From Octopus sinensis (lineage: Eukaryota), in assembly GCF_006345805.1 (NCBI RefSeq), contig NC_042997.1:97154001-97218000 (forward strand): a stretch of DNA of 64,000 bases. The letters are read 5' to 3'. A model generated the notes under the pieces. It had not been told where the DNA came from, did no database searches, and was given only the letters and a program-made list of their open reading frames with translations. Each line of letters opens with the position of its first letter. The first letter of the stretch is position 1. The position numbers and the translations under genes are program-made. This document shows, piece by piece, positions 11,888 through 24,735 of this stretch.

Positions 11888-12110
11888 TAGACTCATAGGG
11901 CTAGTTTCCTAGATTCTATGGCATACATGTTCTTCCCACTGGATGGGATGCCAGTCCATCGCAGGATAACTCGCTTTGCCAGCTGAGTGGATGGAATAAT
12001 GAGAAATGAAGAATTTTGCTCAAGAACAGAATGCATCATCCAATCCATGAATTGAAACCACAATCTTACGATCATAACTGCAACACCCTAACCACTATGC
12101 TATGTTCCTC
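11888..12110 (-). mobile_element. family E tRNA-derived SINE (ttcttgagcaa domain; cctgcgatggactggc tail)
   Basis: Matches 21493-21690 by eye. Confidence 0.7.
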
Positions 12111-12530
12111 CATATAGAAAGAATAGGGAAGCCTTTTCCCTAGCCAGCCCTCCTGGACTTGTACTGAAAGAGTGAAAGAGAAGAGGAAACCATGCATGTT
12201 AAAACGAGAAACCTGGATCTAGTGAAGATGCAAGTAAATTCGAGGAATACCAAAAAAAAAAAAAAAGAAAGAAGGAAAAAAATAAAGAAAAAGACAACCT
12301 ACAACAGGAACAATTTTCTTTTAAGTCTGGAAAGTCTAAAACAAAAAGAATTCTTTTTTTAACAATTATGGAGTTCCTCTGACAATAACCTGAACTGAAA
12401 ATTTTAGTAAAGGTTATAACCAATGAGTAGACAGGCATACTGATAGATATCTAGTTTCTCAGCATTTAAAGATTCAATTGTGATAATATGTACCATTAAG
12501 ATAATGGGGCTCATAGAATTCCTTATACCC

Positions 12531-12630
12531 AATTCCCTTACCAAATGAATTTTAACTAAGAAATAAATTCTTCTCAAATCAATTCCCTTACCAAATGAAT
12601 TTTAACTAAGAAATAAATTCTTCTCAAATC
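12531..12630. repeat. perfect 50-bp tandem duplication
   Basis: AATTCCCTTACCAAATGAATTTTAACTAAGAAATAAATTCTTCTCAAATC x2. Confidence 0.95.
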
Positions 12631-12939
12631 AAATCGAAGGTTAATCTGGTTCCATAAAAGTTGAAAGAAAATATTCCACCAAAAGATGAAGCAATGAGTC
12701 TGGCAGTTTTACAATTTGGTGTCAAAAATATTCTGCAACTGCTAAGAGCAGTTGGTAATAGTTTACTACCCCACAGATTTCCAGTTTCCTATTTTCCGTT
12801 ACTTTACTGCATGTGTAGAAAGGGAATGTGAATCCCCACCTGACTTTTAGCTATCACAATGATGAATCTTTCAAATACTTATACACCTCTCTGTCAGCAT
12901 GGGCAAATCAAATGCTATACCACAGATGTCATGACCCAG

Positions 12940-13515
12940 CTAACCAAATTTTGGAGCACAGGAGTATAAGTCAATTTATATTACAGGCTCTCAAGAGAAT
13001 GAAAGGCAAAGTGAGCAATCAATCTCAGTTGGATTTAAACTTGGGACCAAATAGAGACAAAGTTTTAATATCGTTTTTAAATTTTGGTACAAGGCCAACA
13101 ATTTCAGGGAAGGAGCTAAGTAAATTACATTAACCCCAGTGCTCAGTTGGTATTTATTTCATCGACCCCAAATTAATGAAAGACAAAGTCAATCCTATTG
13201 CCATTTGAACTCTGAGCATAAAAACAGACAAAATGCTGATAAACATTTTGTCCCGCATGCTAATGACTCTGCCAGCTCACTAACTTACAATGTTCTAATA
13301 CTGATTTCAAATTTTGGCACAAGGCCAGCAATTTCAAGGGAGGAGTAAGTTGATTACATCAACCCCATTATTCAACTGGTACTTATTTTATTGACCCTGA
13401 AAAGAGAAAAGGCAAATTTGACCTTAGTAGAAATTGAACTCAGGACATAAAGATAGATGAAATGCTACAAAGCATTTTGCTTGGCATGTTAACGATTCTG
13501 CCAGCTCACTGCCTT
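12940..13515 (-). mobile_element. array of 2-3 degenerate family A SINEs
   Basis: Repeated central-domain motif gaaaggcaaagt/ttgaactc. Confidence 0.75.
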
Positions 13516-16500
13516 CCAATGCTCTAATATAGCAATGCATTTAATGTAATATTCTACAAGTCCATACATTACTGTAACATATTAATTGGTGAATAATCAA
13601 GAAACAGATATTGTGAATCAGACAAAGGTAAATGTAATGGAAGCCAGTTATGAGCAACAAAATATTTTTTTTAAAAAGTATCCCCAACTCCAAGTTAAAA
13701 CTGAAGGATAACAGATAAGTAATGCATACAATTATGATGTGGAATATGCTTTCAGGGATAGTAACAATGATTGAAAGCAAGAATGGAATCAAATAGTTCT
13801 TAGCCATTACTTACTCAGATCCACTGAAATCACTTTTAAAACAAAGATAGTATACTTGATAACATGATGGTGATGGTAACAAGAATTTAGCGTTTTGGCC
13901 ACAGACACAGAGTTATTAACAGAACATGAACCATTGACCTTTAAGCCAATAGGTCTGACATGCAACAGACTAAGGGAGAGGAGGGGGTAGCTAAATTGTC
14001 TGTCTAGATTACTGGTTAATGTTGAGGTGTTATTGTTAGGTTGCCATTCCTTCCCTATCTCTCTCCCATTACTCAGTATATTCCCAATTGCTATTATCAA
14101 TTCACTGGAAGCTAATTTACACCTTTTTACTTTCCCTACACAGTAAGTTGTCCCCCAACATCCATCATGGTTCAGTTACAAGATATCTATTGTCTACCCT
14201 CCCTTCCTACCAGTTTGTATTAATATCTCAACTCCTCTCATACCTATTTGTCACTAAATGCCTCCTTCCTCTCTCTTTCTACCATTCATGTTGGGTCTCT
14301 TACTCTTCCTTTTTTTCATTTTCAATCACTTTACTCCCATCTCTCTCTCTCTCTATCCCACTTCCTCTTCCTCCTAATAAGATTGGTCCATCTCACCTTT
14401 ACAGAAAAACCTGACATTTGATCCTAAGCAATTTATTTTCTTAAAATTGAAGGTCAGGTCAAATGGCAGCTTTAAAACATCAACTTCCACATAACTAATT
14501 GTCTTATCTCTGTTTCTCTCATGTACATTGTCTCCCTACATGGTGAGTGGTGACAAGGAACAGCAGGAAAGACTGTGAAAGACAGGTTGAAAATAATTAA
14601 GATAGGCAGATAGTTCAATAACTAAACATCAGACATAGAGACTTTGAGACTAGGCAGACCTTTACACAAGTGCACAGCTAGGCAGACTTTTAGACAAGCA
14701 CTAGATTGTGTGGATAGATGAATTATTAACTGCAGTTATTAACATGCAGACTTGCTAATTGTCATACTTCACTGCCCAGTGTCAGATTATTGAGGAGGAA
14801 AGGGAGTGTAACCCTCTAGTCTCAAGGGAAAACAAAAATGCAGTTAATAGCTTTTTCTAAATTAGGTACATCATTTAATCACTGTATTACATGCTTGCAT
14901 GGGTTGGACAAAGGCCAGCAATTTTGAGGGAAGGGTATCAATTACATCAATCCTAACACTTGACCGACACTTTATTTCAACTGCAAAGAAATGGAAGCCA
15001 AAACTGACCTCAGATTCGAGCTCAGACCATAAAGGACTGGACCATATTTGATAAGGCATTTTCCCCACTGACACTAATAATTCTGTGAATCCTTCACCCT
15101 CTTAATATATTACTGTACCTCTTGTTGTTTTGTTTCATTGATGTTTGTGATATTTTCAGTAATTTTCTTTTGTACCTTATGATTTTTTTAATGAAATGAT
15201 GATGGTAATTTAGGGGAAAAAAATTCAATAGAAAAGCCACAACTGGACAAAGCACCCATGTGGTTGCTCAACCTGCTAGAAATATCAGTCAAATTTATCT
15301 CAAAAGTAAGGCACAATAGACAAACTAATCCTTGATCTACAAAAAGATAAGACAGTCATTGATAGAATACCTTTGATCATGGATCATGGATCTAATTTAT
15401 TATGGTTAACTTGGGCTTAAACTAAAAAACTATTAATTATATCATCAGCAAGAGATTTGGAATAGATAAGTAGGTTGTTGAGATGTTCTTGTTTTTACCA
15501 AAAGCCTTAATTTCATAATAGGTTTTGCCCAAAGAATAAAACTGCATTTCCATTTTGAACTTTCCCGTAATTTGTTCAATTGTTTTATCACAGGGGAATT
15601 AAATAATAGAAGCTTTAGTGGCTTAACCTGGAGCAAATAAAGGTGAAATTAACAAACAAGCCTAGGAAGAAGAGGAAAAACATTCTCTCCATCGGAAGCA
15701 TTTTGGTAATAAGAGAAAATGGGAATTCTTCATAATGCTCCTTTTTATTTTATTTATATGGATAATATGAAGTAGTGCCATAAGCTTTCCTGAGACAGCA
15801 AGAATGGAGAGGAGAGGAAAGGAGCAGAAACCACAACTTATCAGACAATCCATCAATAGGTTTCAACACAGTTTCTTCTACCCAAGTTAATTTACATGAC
15901 TTGGATTAAGCTGAGAATGTGATAGAAGATATTTACTCAGGATGCTGTGCAGCTGGACTAAATATAGAATATCAAGTGACCATGAAGCAAAGATAACCAC
16001 ATAGTCATGCCTGCACCTACAAGAGATATAAAGGAGCTAACTCACCCACACATTCAGTCACATTTAAAAATGAAACAAGCCAACAGAATTGTTTTGTGAC
16101 GTTATTGAAAAACATACTATAACAGTCCCAACTTTGATTTCCATACAACAATAAACATCCAGGCAGTAAGTCAGTTGGTACTTTCACCATTAAATCAACA
16201 ACACCTCTTCAATAAAATACAATTCTCTCTTGTTGGAAGATGATTTTTTTGTTCCCCAGTTATAATCATATTATGACAACAGTTATTAATAGCAATTATA
16301 AAAATAGCAGTTTATGATAATGAAAATAAAATTCTTAAAAATGATATTCCATGAATTCTTTTGAGGAAGGGGGTTGCTTTTTTTTACTTTTTTATTTTTT
16401 TTACTTTTTTATTTTTTTTTTTTTTACTTTTTTATTTCTTTTTACTTTTACTTTTTTGTTAAGGCACAAAATTCTGTTGACAATCCAAATACAATGAAAA

Positions 16501-16804
16501 AATATGCAAGAAGCTAAAATATATAATTTATTAATAATAAAAAATATAATAATTAAAATAATACTAACAATACCAAAAATAAATATCTTAAACATTGGCA
16601 AAAGGCCATAACTTTTGAGAGCAGAAACAGCTGATTAAATTGGCCTCAGTACTTATTTTATTGAATTTGGAAGGTTGAAAGGAAGCTTAGGTTTTAACTC
16701 AGTAAGTAAGGGGCAATAACAAAATTTAACAAAGCATGTTGCTCAATGCTTTAGTAATTCTCACAATCTAATGCCCTCATAACAACAAAAATAATGGCAG
16801 TCAC

Positions 16805-16806
16805 AC

Positions 16807-16839
<33 letters not shown>

Positions 16840-17070
16840 TAATAATAATCCTTTCTACTGCAGGCACAAAGCCTGAAATTTTTAGTGGGGGTGGTGTTAG
16901 TTGATTATATCAACCCCAGTACTCAACTGATACTTATTTCACTGACCTCAAAAGGATGAAAGGCAAAGTCAGCCTCAGCATCATTTGAACTCAGAACATA
17001 ATCAAAATGCTTATTGGCATTTTGTACAGTGTGCTAATGATTCTGCCAGCTCGCCACTCTTTGTAACCTA

Positions 17071-17125
<55 letters not shown>

Positions 17126-18050
17126 TAATAAAATTTTTTCCATCAGTAATAATGATTTCTAACTTAGGTACAAAACCTTAAAATTTTGTGGAGAAAGAAT
17201 AACTGGTTCTTATTTTGTCAACTATCTAGAATGTAAAAGATGAAGTCAGAATTGGCAAGATTTGAAGAAGTCAGAATGTTAAGAGATGTAGCTCAATACT
17301 GGAATGTATTTTGCCTGGTGTTCTGGTATTACCTGTCATCTACCACCCTTTTCATAGCAAGAATAAACATAACAATAATAATACTAATTCTTTCTAGAAT
17401 AAGTACAAGACCTAAAATTTTGGGGGCAGAGAGGAATACTAGCCAATTATATCGACCCTCGTACTCAACTGGTACTTATTTTATCAACACCGAAAGGATG
17501 AAAGGCAAAGTCAGCCTCAGCAGAATTTGAACTCAGAACATGAAGATAGACAAAATGCCACAAAATATTTTGATCAGTACACAAGCAATTCTGCTACCTT
17601 GCTACCATAATAATCCTTTCTACAATAGGCACAAAACCTGAAATTTGCACAGAGAGAATTAGTTGATTACATCAACTCCAGTGCATGACTGGTACTTATT
17701 TCATCAACTCTGAAAGGATGAAAGGCTAAGTTGACCTCAGCGGAATTTAAACTCAGAATGTAAAGACAGACGAAATGCTGCTAAACATCGTGCCCAGCAT
17801 GCTAACAATTCCGCCCTTGCTACCATAATAATAATAATTGTATCTAATATATAAAACAAGGTCTAAAATTTTGAGAGAAGAGATATAGTTGAATAGATCA
17901 AACCTCATTATTTGACTGATACTTATTTTATCTACAAAAGCTAAAGACAACACCTGTAGGATTTTGAACTCAGAAAGTAAAAGAGCAAACAAAATACTGC
18001 AAAGTATTTTTTCTGACTCCCACAATTCTACCAATCTGCCATCCTAATGT
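16805..18050 (-). mobile_element. array of about 5 family A SINEs separated by (AAT)n, just downstream of the rhomboid stop
   Basis: Central domain recurs near 16960, 17240, 17500, 17720 and 17950. Confidence 0.85.
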
Positions 18051-18072
18051 AATAGTAATAATAACACTACTA

Positions 18073-18106
<34 letters not shown>

Positions 18107-18139
18107 TCAATAATAATAATATCAACAGTATCTTCAGAA

Positions 18140-18303
18140 TTAACATGGATTTAAATTAGGGTCTGGATAATCATGATAAAGAATGTTAATGAGAACAGCG
18201 ATCATGGTGAATATTACATAAATGACAGCAGTAACCAGTCCAAGAGTCCGTTCCCATGGTAATTCATTGATGTTCTTCATAACTGGAACTCCTAATAACA
18301 GAC
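18140..18303 (-). CDS. RHBDL3: rhomboid exon 9, terminal coding exon (TM7, stop)
   Basis: ctccacag|GTCTGTTA...TGTTAA; [53 protein letters not shown]. Confidence 0.95.
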
Positions 18304-20008
18304 CTGTGGAGAAAAAAAAAAAAAGAATGATGTAAATAGTAACATTGTATTTATCAGAATGTCAGTTCCCAACAAAAGGATCAGAATCTCTGGCCCAGTT
18401 GCGATTTGTGGTTGTAACCATTAAGCTTGGAATATTTAAGTTATCAATTTGCAAATAAATACTGCCCCAGGAAGGAGACCATCATTTTGATCAAAGTTGA
18501 AGAAAATCCTTGTTCACTGGAACATCAACTGCTCTGTCCATTTTCCACAGATTCAAACTGAGAGCAGACTGGATCTTGTCAAATAATTAAAGTTCCCAGA
18601 GCACATCATACACATGAAACTCCACTCTGACATAGTTATCTTTTCAAATTCTGCTGAATATGTGACCATGTGATATAATAATAATAATGAAATTATTGTA
18701 TACAGTGCTCAGGTGCACCACAACTTGTCAGAAAGTGCGTATAAAGTATATGCAGTAATATACAAAATGTCTGAAAAGCGAATAATGTATGAGTCAGATA
18801 CATGCTTGTGTGTGTATGGAGGGGAGAAAATCAGGTGTAGTGTTGGCGAATCTCAGAAAGCATGGAAGTTTTGAAGGATGCAGTGCTCTGACAACTAACA
18901 ACTGATGCCGGCAGTTTGTTCCATGCTTCAGCAACTCTCAGTGTGAAAAAATATTTCCTAAAGTCATGGGAGCTGTGCTGTTTTCTGACTTTGTAAATAT
19001 GTGTGAACTGATTGTGCTCTAGGAAGAACACATGGAGGTGACTCAAAAGAATTCTTGCCAGATACCAACAGCTGGTATAGCTTTGTTAAGCTATACACAA
19101 AAATAACCAGAAAGAAGAGCGTGTCAGTGTATTGTTTATTTTGCATCATTGAGCTACACAATGTGAGGGCAAATATGATTGGCCATCTGAAGTCTTAGAA
19201 ACTTCTACCACCTAACTGAAAGTCTCTTCTCTACAGACCAACTTACTAGCTAACCTGCAGTGATGTTCCTGTCTACAGTTCATCTATTATCAGGAACATC
19301 ACTGATGAAACATCCTAGCGAATCCATTAGATGTATCGTGAAACTATATATTACAAAAATTATTCAAGTTTCAATAATTCTACAACAACCACCAGACATT
19401 ATAATTTCTTGCATGCAGTAATTTTGTTCAAACATCAAGAGGTTTTAGGCCTGGCCCACTCATCCATCATTGGATATAATATGACTGAAGAAAAACATCT
19501 CAGTTAGGTCTTATGTAATACTGTGAGTTCAAAACCTTTTTTTAACTGAGATTACCATCACCCACATCATTGTTTATCATCGTTTTACAGCGTCCCCGAA
19601 TGGCAATTCCGCCGGCGACGCTGCCGCTCGCCGCGCGAACGCGACGGGCGGACGGCGAACGCCGAGCTAAGGCATGCGCCTTGAGGTTGAGACGCTTTTG
19701 GAAAACAACTCGGGTCCGGCTACGGTTCCGGCTTAGAGGCGTTCAGCCGTTATCGCTCAGAGGCAGCCTGGCACCACCGCTCTGTCGAGCGAGCGCGCAA
19801 ACCGTTGCTCTGATCCCGCGGTTCCTCTCGTACTGGACGGGATAGCCGTAGCCGAGTTGACGTTGCCGACGCCCGCCTAAGGTCGGCCGGAGAAACGCCG
19901 GCGGCACGGCCAGGACGGACGGACGCGCGAGCGCGCCGCCGCCTCGACCGCACGCCGAGTACCCCGACGCGACTCGGGGCGCCGCGTACGCGCGATGCAT
20001 CGGTAGGT

Positions 20009-20055
<47 letters not shown>

Positions 20056-21413
20056 GTTAGTGGGTGAACTGGATGGTTTGACAGAAAGCAATGTGATATG
20101 TACTGCACATGACTTCCATGGCTAGATATCCTTCCTAATGCAAACTACTTTACAGGATGTATTGATATTATTTTTGTGTGGGGGTGGGGAGTCACCAGCA
20201 CTAATGAGGTCACCGTGCTGCTAACAAGTATAAGTGATGTTACAGTAAAGTGACTGCAAACAGAATCAGGTGGTGACTGCCCATGACATCCACCATATCC
20301 ATAACAGCAGCCCTCAATAAGATCATTAGAAAGTCATATGATGCAAGACTTATTTCCACTCCTTTGTGTCCTGAGTTCTTAGGTGGAAAACTTAATCCAC
20401 TGCCCAGTTTCAGCAGCGATTAAGATATTGTGCTCACAATCATATCATCATCATCAATCATCATATGGTATCCGTTTTCCATGCTGGCTTGAGTTGGACA
20501 GTTTAATAGGAGCTGGCCAGCCAGGGAGTTATCCAGACTCCAATTGTCAGTTGTGACATGGTTTCTATGGCTCGATGCCCTTCCACCCTTCCTAACACCA
20601 ACCACTTTACAGAGTGTGCTGGGTACTTTTTTACATGCCACTGGCACAGGTGTGTTTACGTAGCACTGGCACAAGTGCATTTTATGTGGCATCACCACCT
20701 GTAAAGAACAAGCCTGTATGTATAGAAGACAGTGGTCTTACTTATCTTGGCACCTCTTCTCAAGTACAGTAAATTGCCACAACCTCCAGTTCTTTGTCAT
20801 TTCTTCAGTGAGCCCCAGTAGCTGAAGATCCTTTCACACCACTTCATCCCACAGCTTCAATTCCAAGATTGGACATAGCATTGTATTCTTAAGGAAAAAA
20901 CACTTGATTCCATGCTGTTCCAGTTCACTCAGCTGTAAAGGAGTTCCACCAATAGCTGAGAAGTTAGCCCTGTGACAGACTAACGTCCCCCTCAGTGGGG
21001 AAGTGTTGTAGTCTCATTTACTTATGTCATGAAAACTGGGTAAAGATCTGTCCTTGTGAGTCCTAGATTTCTGACAGAAAATCCCATTTCCACATTACCA
21101 TCTGTTGTTAGCAGGCTGCACTTTGTTGCAAGCATGTGGGCCAGATCTCTGATTTGAGAATAACTTAATTTCTGCCAAACAGTTTCAGAGGCACTGAAAA
21201 AAAATAAAGAGAATCATAGGCATGGCAGTCCTTTAACTGAAAAAGCAGTAAAAACAAATCCTACTCACCAGCAAGCATTCCACCAATATGAGCAGAAATA
21301 CCCACTTTAGTTCCTCCAGTAGTGGTATATCTTCTGTAGATGGCACTACCAGTATCAGTAAACACTGAAAATAAGAATAGCAGACTTTTGAATACAGTAA
21401 ACTTTTGTATAGA

Positions 21414-21451
<38 letters not shown>

Positions 21452-24400
21452 TCTCTCATAGTGAAAAAAGTAAAATTCCTTCCTGAGTCATTATAGACTC
21501 ATAGGCCCAGTTTCCAGGTTTCCATGGTGTGTATATTCCCCACCTGGATGGGATGCTGGTCTTTCACAAGATAACTCACTTTTGCCAGCTGAGTGGAAAT
21601 GAAGTGTTTTGCTCAAGAACACAACATATCACCCAGGCCAGGAATCAAAACCACAACTGTACAATCATGAGTCCAACACTCTAACCACTAAGCCACATGC
21701 CTCCACTTTTCTCTCTTATATATACTTAGTTACATCCATTTTCCAATTCCAATATGCACATACAAAAAGTCATCTTCAAAATATATTTTTCCATGATGTT
21801 GGCTGTGAAACAATCATGATTTTGTGGGTATCAACTGGTGATTTAAAAATATTCATCTCATACCTCCCGACTTTCTTTATATTCTATATACCCCTCATGA
21901 AATAAGCATCACTGATAGGATTTACTGCATTTCAACTGCATAGGACTCTACATCACACCCCTATGCATAGGTTTACTATGTGGTTTGTAGCCTGGTCCAC
22001 AAAAGGAGTTTTCTCGTGAGGACCACTGGATTAGATAAATCCATACATAATGGTTTTATAATATATATATATATATATACACGAGCAAAACGCCCCCCCC
22101 CCCACCAAACATTTAAACCAAATTTTCTCAAAACAACTTGTCCGACCATCCCATTTTGTGGCATTATTTCAAGCTAGCTGGCGTTTCTTGCACAAACTGC
22201 ACATGTATTTTTCTCGCGTACACGTAGTATCGATCGCAACAGCTGATGTACTTGCAAGTACAAATGCATATTCCCACAGCTTTATCGATCACATTCTCAC
22301 CTGGAATCGATTTTTGTAATTTTTTCAAGACTTATACACGCCCTGATACCGTTGGTATCTACATATCAAATTTGAGCGCAATCAGATGGAGGATGCCAAA
22401 GATCCTAGAAGACACACACACAGACAGACAGAACGGATTTTATATAATAGATTATTACACACATGGTATTTTGCTTGTTACTATATTCTGAGTTCAAATT
22501 CTGCTGGGGTTGACTTTGCCTTTCACCCTTTCAAGGTCAATAAATTAAGTACCAGTCAAGTACTGGAGTCAATGCAATCAACTCATCCCCTTCCCCAAAA
22601 CTGCTGCCCTTGTAGCAAAATTTGAAACCATTTATATGTATATATATATATACATATGTACATTTTCTTTAAAAATTAATTTTGTTCCTTACCCAATGTA
22701 AGTATAACTATTAGACGAACTGGTGCACTGAGTAGCATACGTAAGAAGGAACCATCCCAACACTTGTAATTCATCTCTTTCCAGTTCTAGAAAAAAAAAA
22801 CATTAAATTATTAGTGATTTTGTTCTGACCAGAAAAAAAAAATTATTCTTAAAAGAAGATTTAACAAAGAATTTCCATTGTTCAATGATGAAGATTCAGT
22901 TGTTTAATGAATTAAATATCCTGCTCCTGAATTAACATATAAGCATGCATGTAAGAGGCTAAGCCAGTCTAAACAGAATCTAAATTTACAACAAATAATA
23001 ATAATAATAATAGTAAATAGTATAGGAATTTAAGACCAAACTTCTCTAGATTCGGCAATCCACTACCTATAATAACAATAATGATGACAATGATACAAAA
23101 AAATAATCCTGTTGGAGACTGCACACATTTTATGAAGAGCACTATCACCTTAAACTTCATGGTTTTATGACATCATTATTGAGCACTCATGTGTACATGT
23201 GCTTTCTTTTTTAATTAATCAATATCAAGTGCTTTTTGCTATGGTATAATCATCCAATGTATTAAGGACATTACATTTACTATCTACCTCGAGTGTCTGG
23301 GTAGTGCCCGGTGGATAATGTATAAAACAGATATCAAGGAAAATTTTTCATAATAATGATGATAATAATAATAAATACCCTGTATATGTTTTGTCTTGGC
23401 ATAAAAGATGTGCTACAGCAAATATTTTGCTCAAAACCACAAATTTGCTTGTCAGTTGTTTGACCGTAACCAGTTGAGCATGTCCCTTAGTGGCTGACAA
23501 TATGCCACTAAGGGACACAATGCCACCAAGGGATATATCTCTGATCATGAGCAGAAATAGTTGGAGAGTATCATAGCCATGTGTTGAGAGGAATTCTTTC
23601 GGGTTTGAATAAGTCACCTCTGGAAACCTGGGTGTTTTGTTCATCATCCTTAAACAAACCTTATTCAGAGACCTTTTGAGCAGGATGGACAACTTGACTT
23701 GAAGAAAATTGTAACTGGGCTCCACCAGCAAGATCATGTGTTGTTTCTCTTGATAGGAGATCACCATGTCACGCACATATGGTTGTGATGCATGTGCCTA
23801 ATGTACTGTTATCAGATGGAATAGTCTTAATGGGTATATTGGGCTTCGTATATTTGTACCCCTGTGTCCCTTTGATGGCATGTGCTGCTGTCTCACTCAA
23901 CAACAACAGCAGCAGCATCCGTAATAATTTCAAATTTTGTCACAAGGTAATTTTTCATTTAGGCATGCCATTCAGTAAGTCTTGCAGGTCACAATTTGCC
24001 CTTGACTAGTTTAGATTAGAGAGTTCAAATATTTTAATCAACTGGTTTCAAAAGAGTTATTTCCCTTGTATTTAACTCTCTACCACCAGAGTATGCTTTT
24101 ATCATCTGCATCATCGTCATTTAATGTCTGTTTTCAATGCTGGCATGGATTGGAAGGTTCAACAAGAGCTGACATACCAGAGGATTGCGCCAAGCTCTAC
24201 TGTCTGCTTTGGCATGGTTTCTACAGCTGGATGCCATTCCTAACACTAACCACTTTACAGAGTAGGATGCTTTTTACATGGCACCAGCACCAGAGGAGTC
24301 ACCAAGTAACTTACAAGACCAGACCTGTAGTTATGTCTTTTTTTCAATAAAAGTTAACATTAACCAATTAATGTTGACTTTCATTACATTTTCAAAGAAT

Positions 24401-24702
24401 TAACAGATTAACAATTAACATTTTGGTTAACAGATTAATGACTGACAAAGTTAACTTTTTGATTAATGGTGCCCAACTTTGGTATTATGTATGTGATATG
24501 TAAACATATTATAAATGTAATAATTAAATTATAGGCATGGTTGTGTGGTAAAACGCTTGCTTCTCAACCACATGATTCCAGGTTCCATCACACTAAGTAG
24601 CATCTTGGGTGAGTATCTTCAACTATAACATTGGGTTAACCAAAGCCTTGCAAGTGGATTTGGTGACAGAAACTTAAAGAAGCTCACTTTGTGTGTGTGT
24701 GT

Positions 24703-24735
<33 letters not shown>

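Noticed and set aside
16380-16600. AATAAA-containing A-rich tract on the minus strand as the rhomboid poly(A) site
   Set aside because: It is a low-complexity tract with many chance hexamers; the site cannot be assigned without 3' end reads.
19255-19355. 14-bp hairpin followed by CTGATGA...GAAAC (hammerhead-like)
   Set aside because: Stem II is out of register with GAAA, and there is no GUH/stem III or stem I partner.
19570-20027. GC-rich ORFs of 67-94 aa
   Set aside because: They overlap the 28S rRNA fragment; high GC simply suppresses stop codons.
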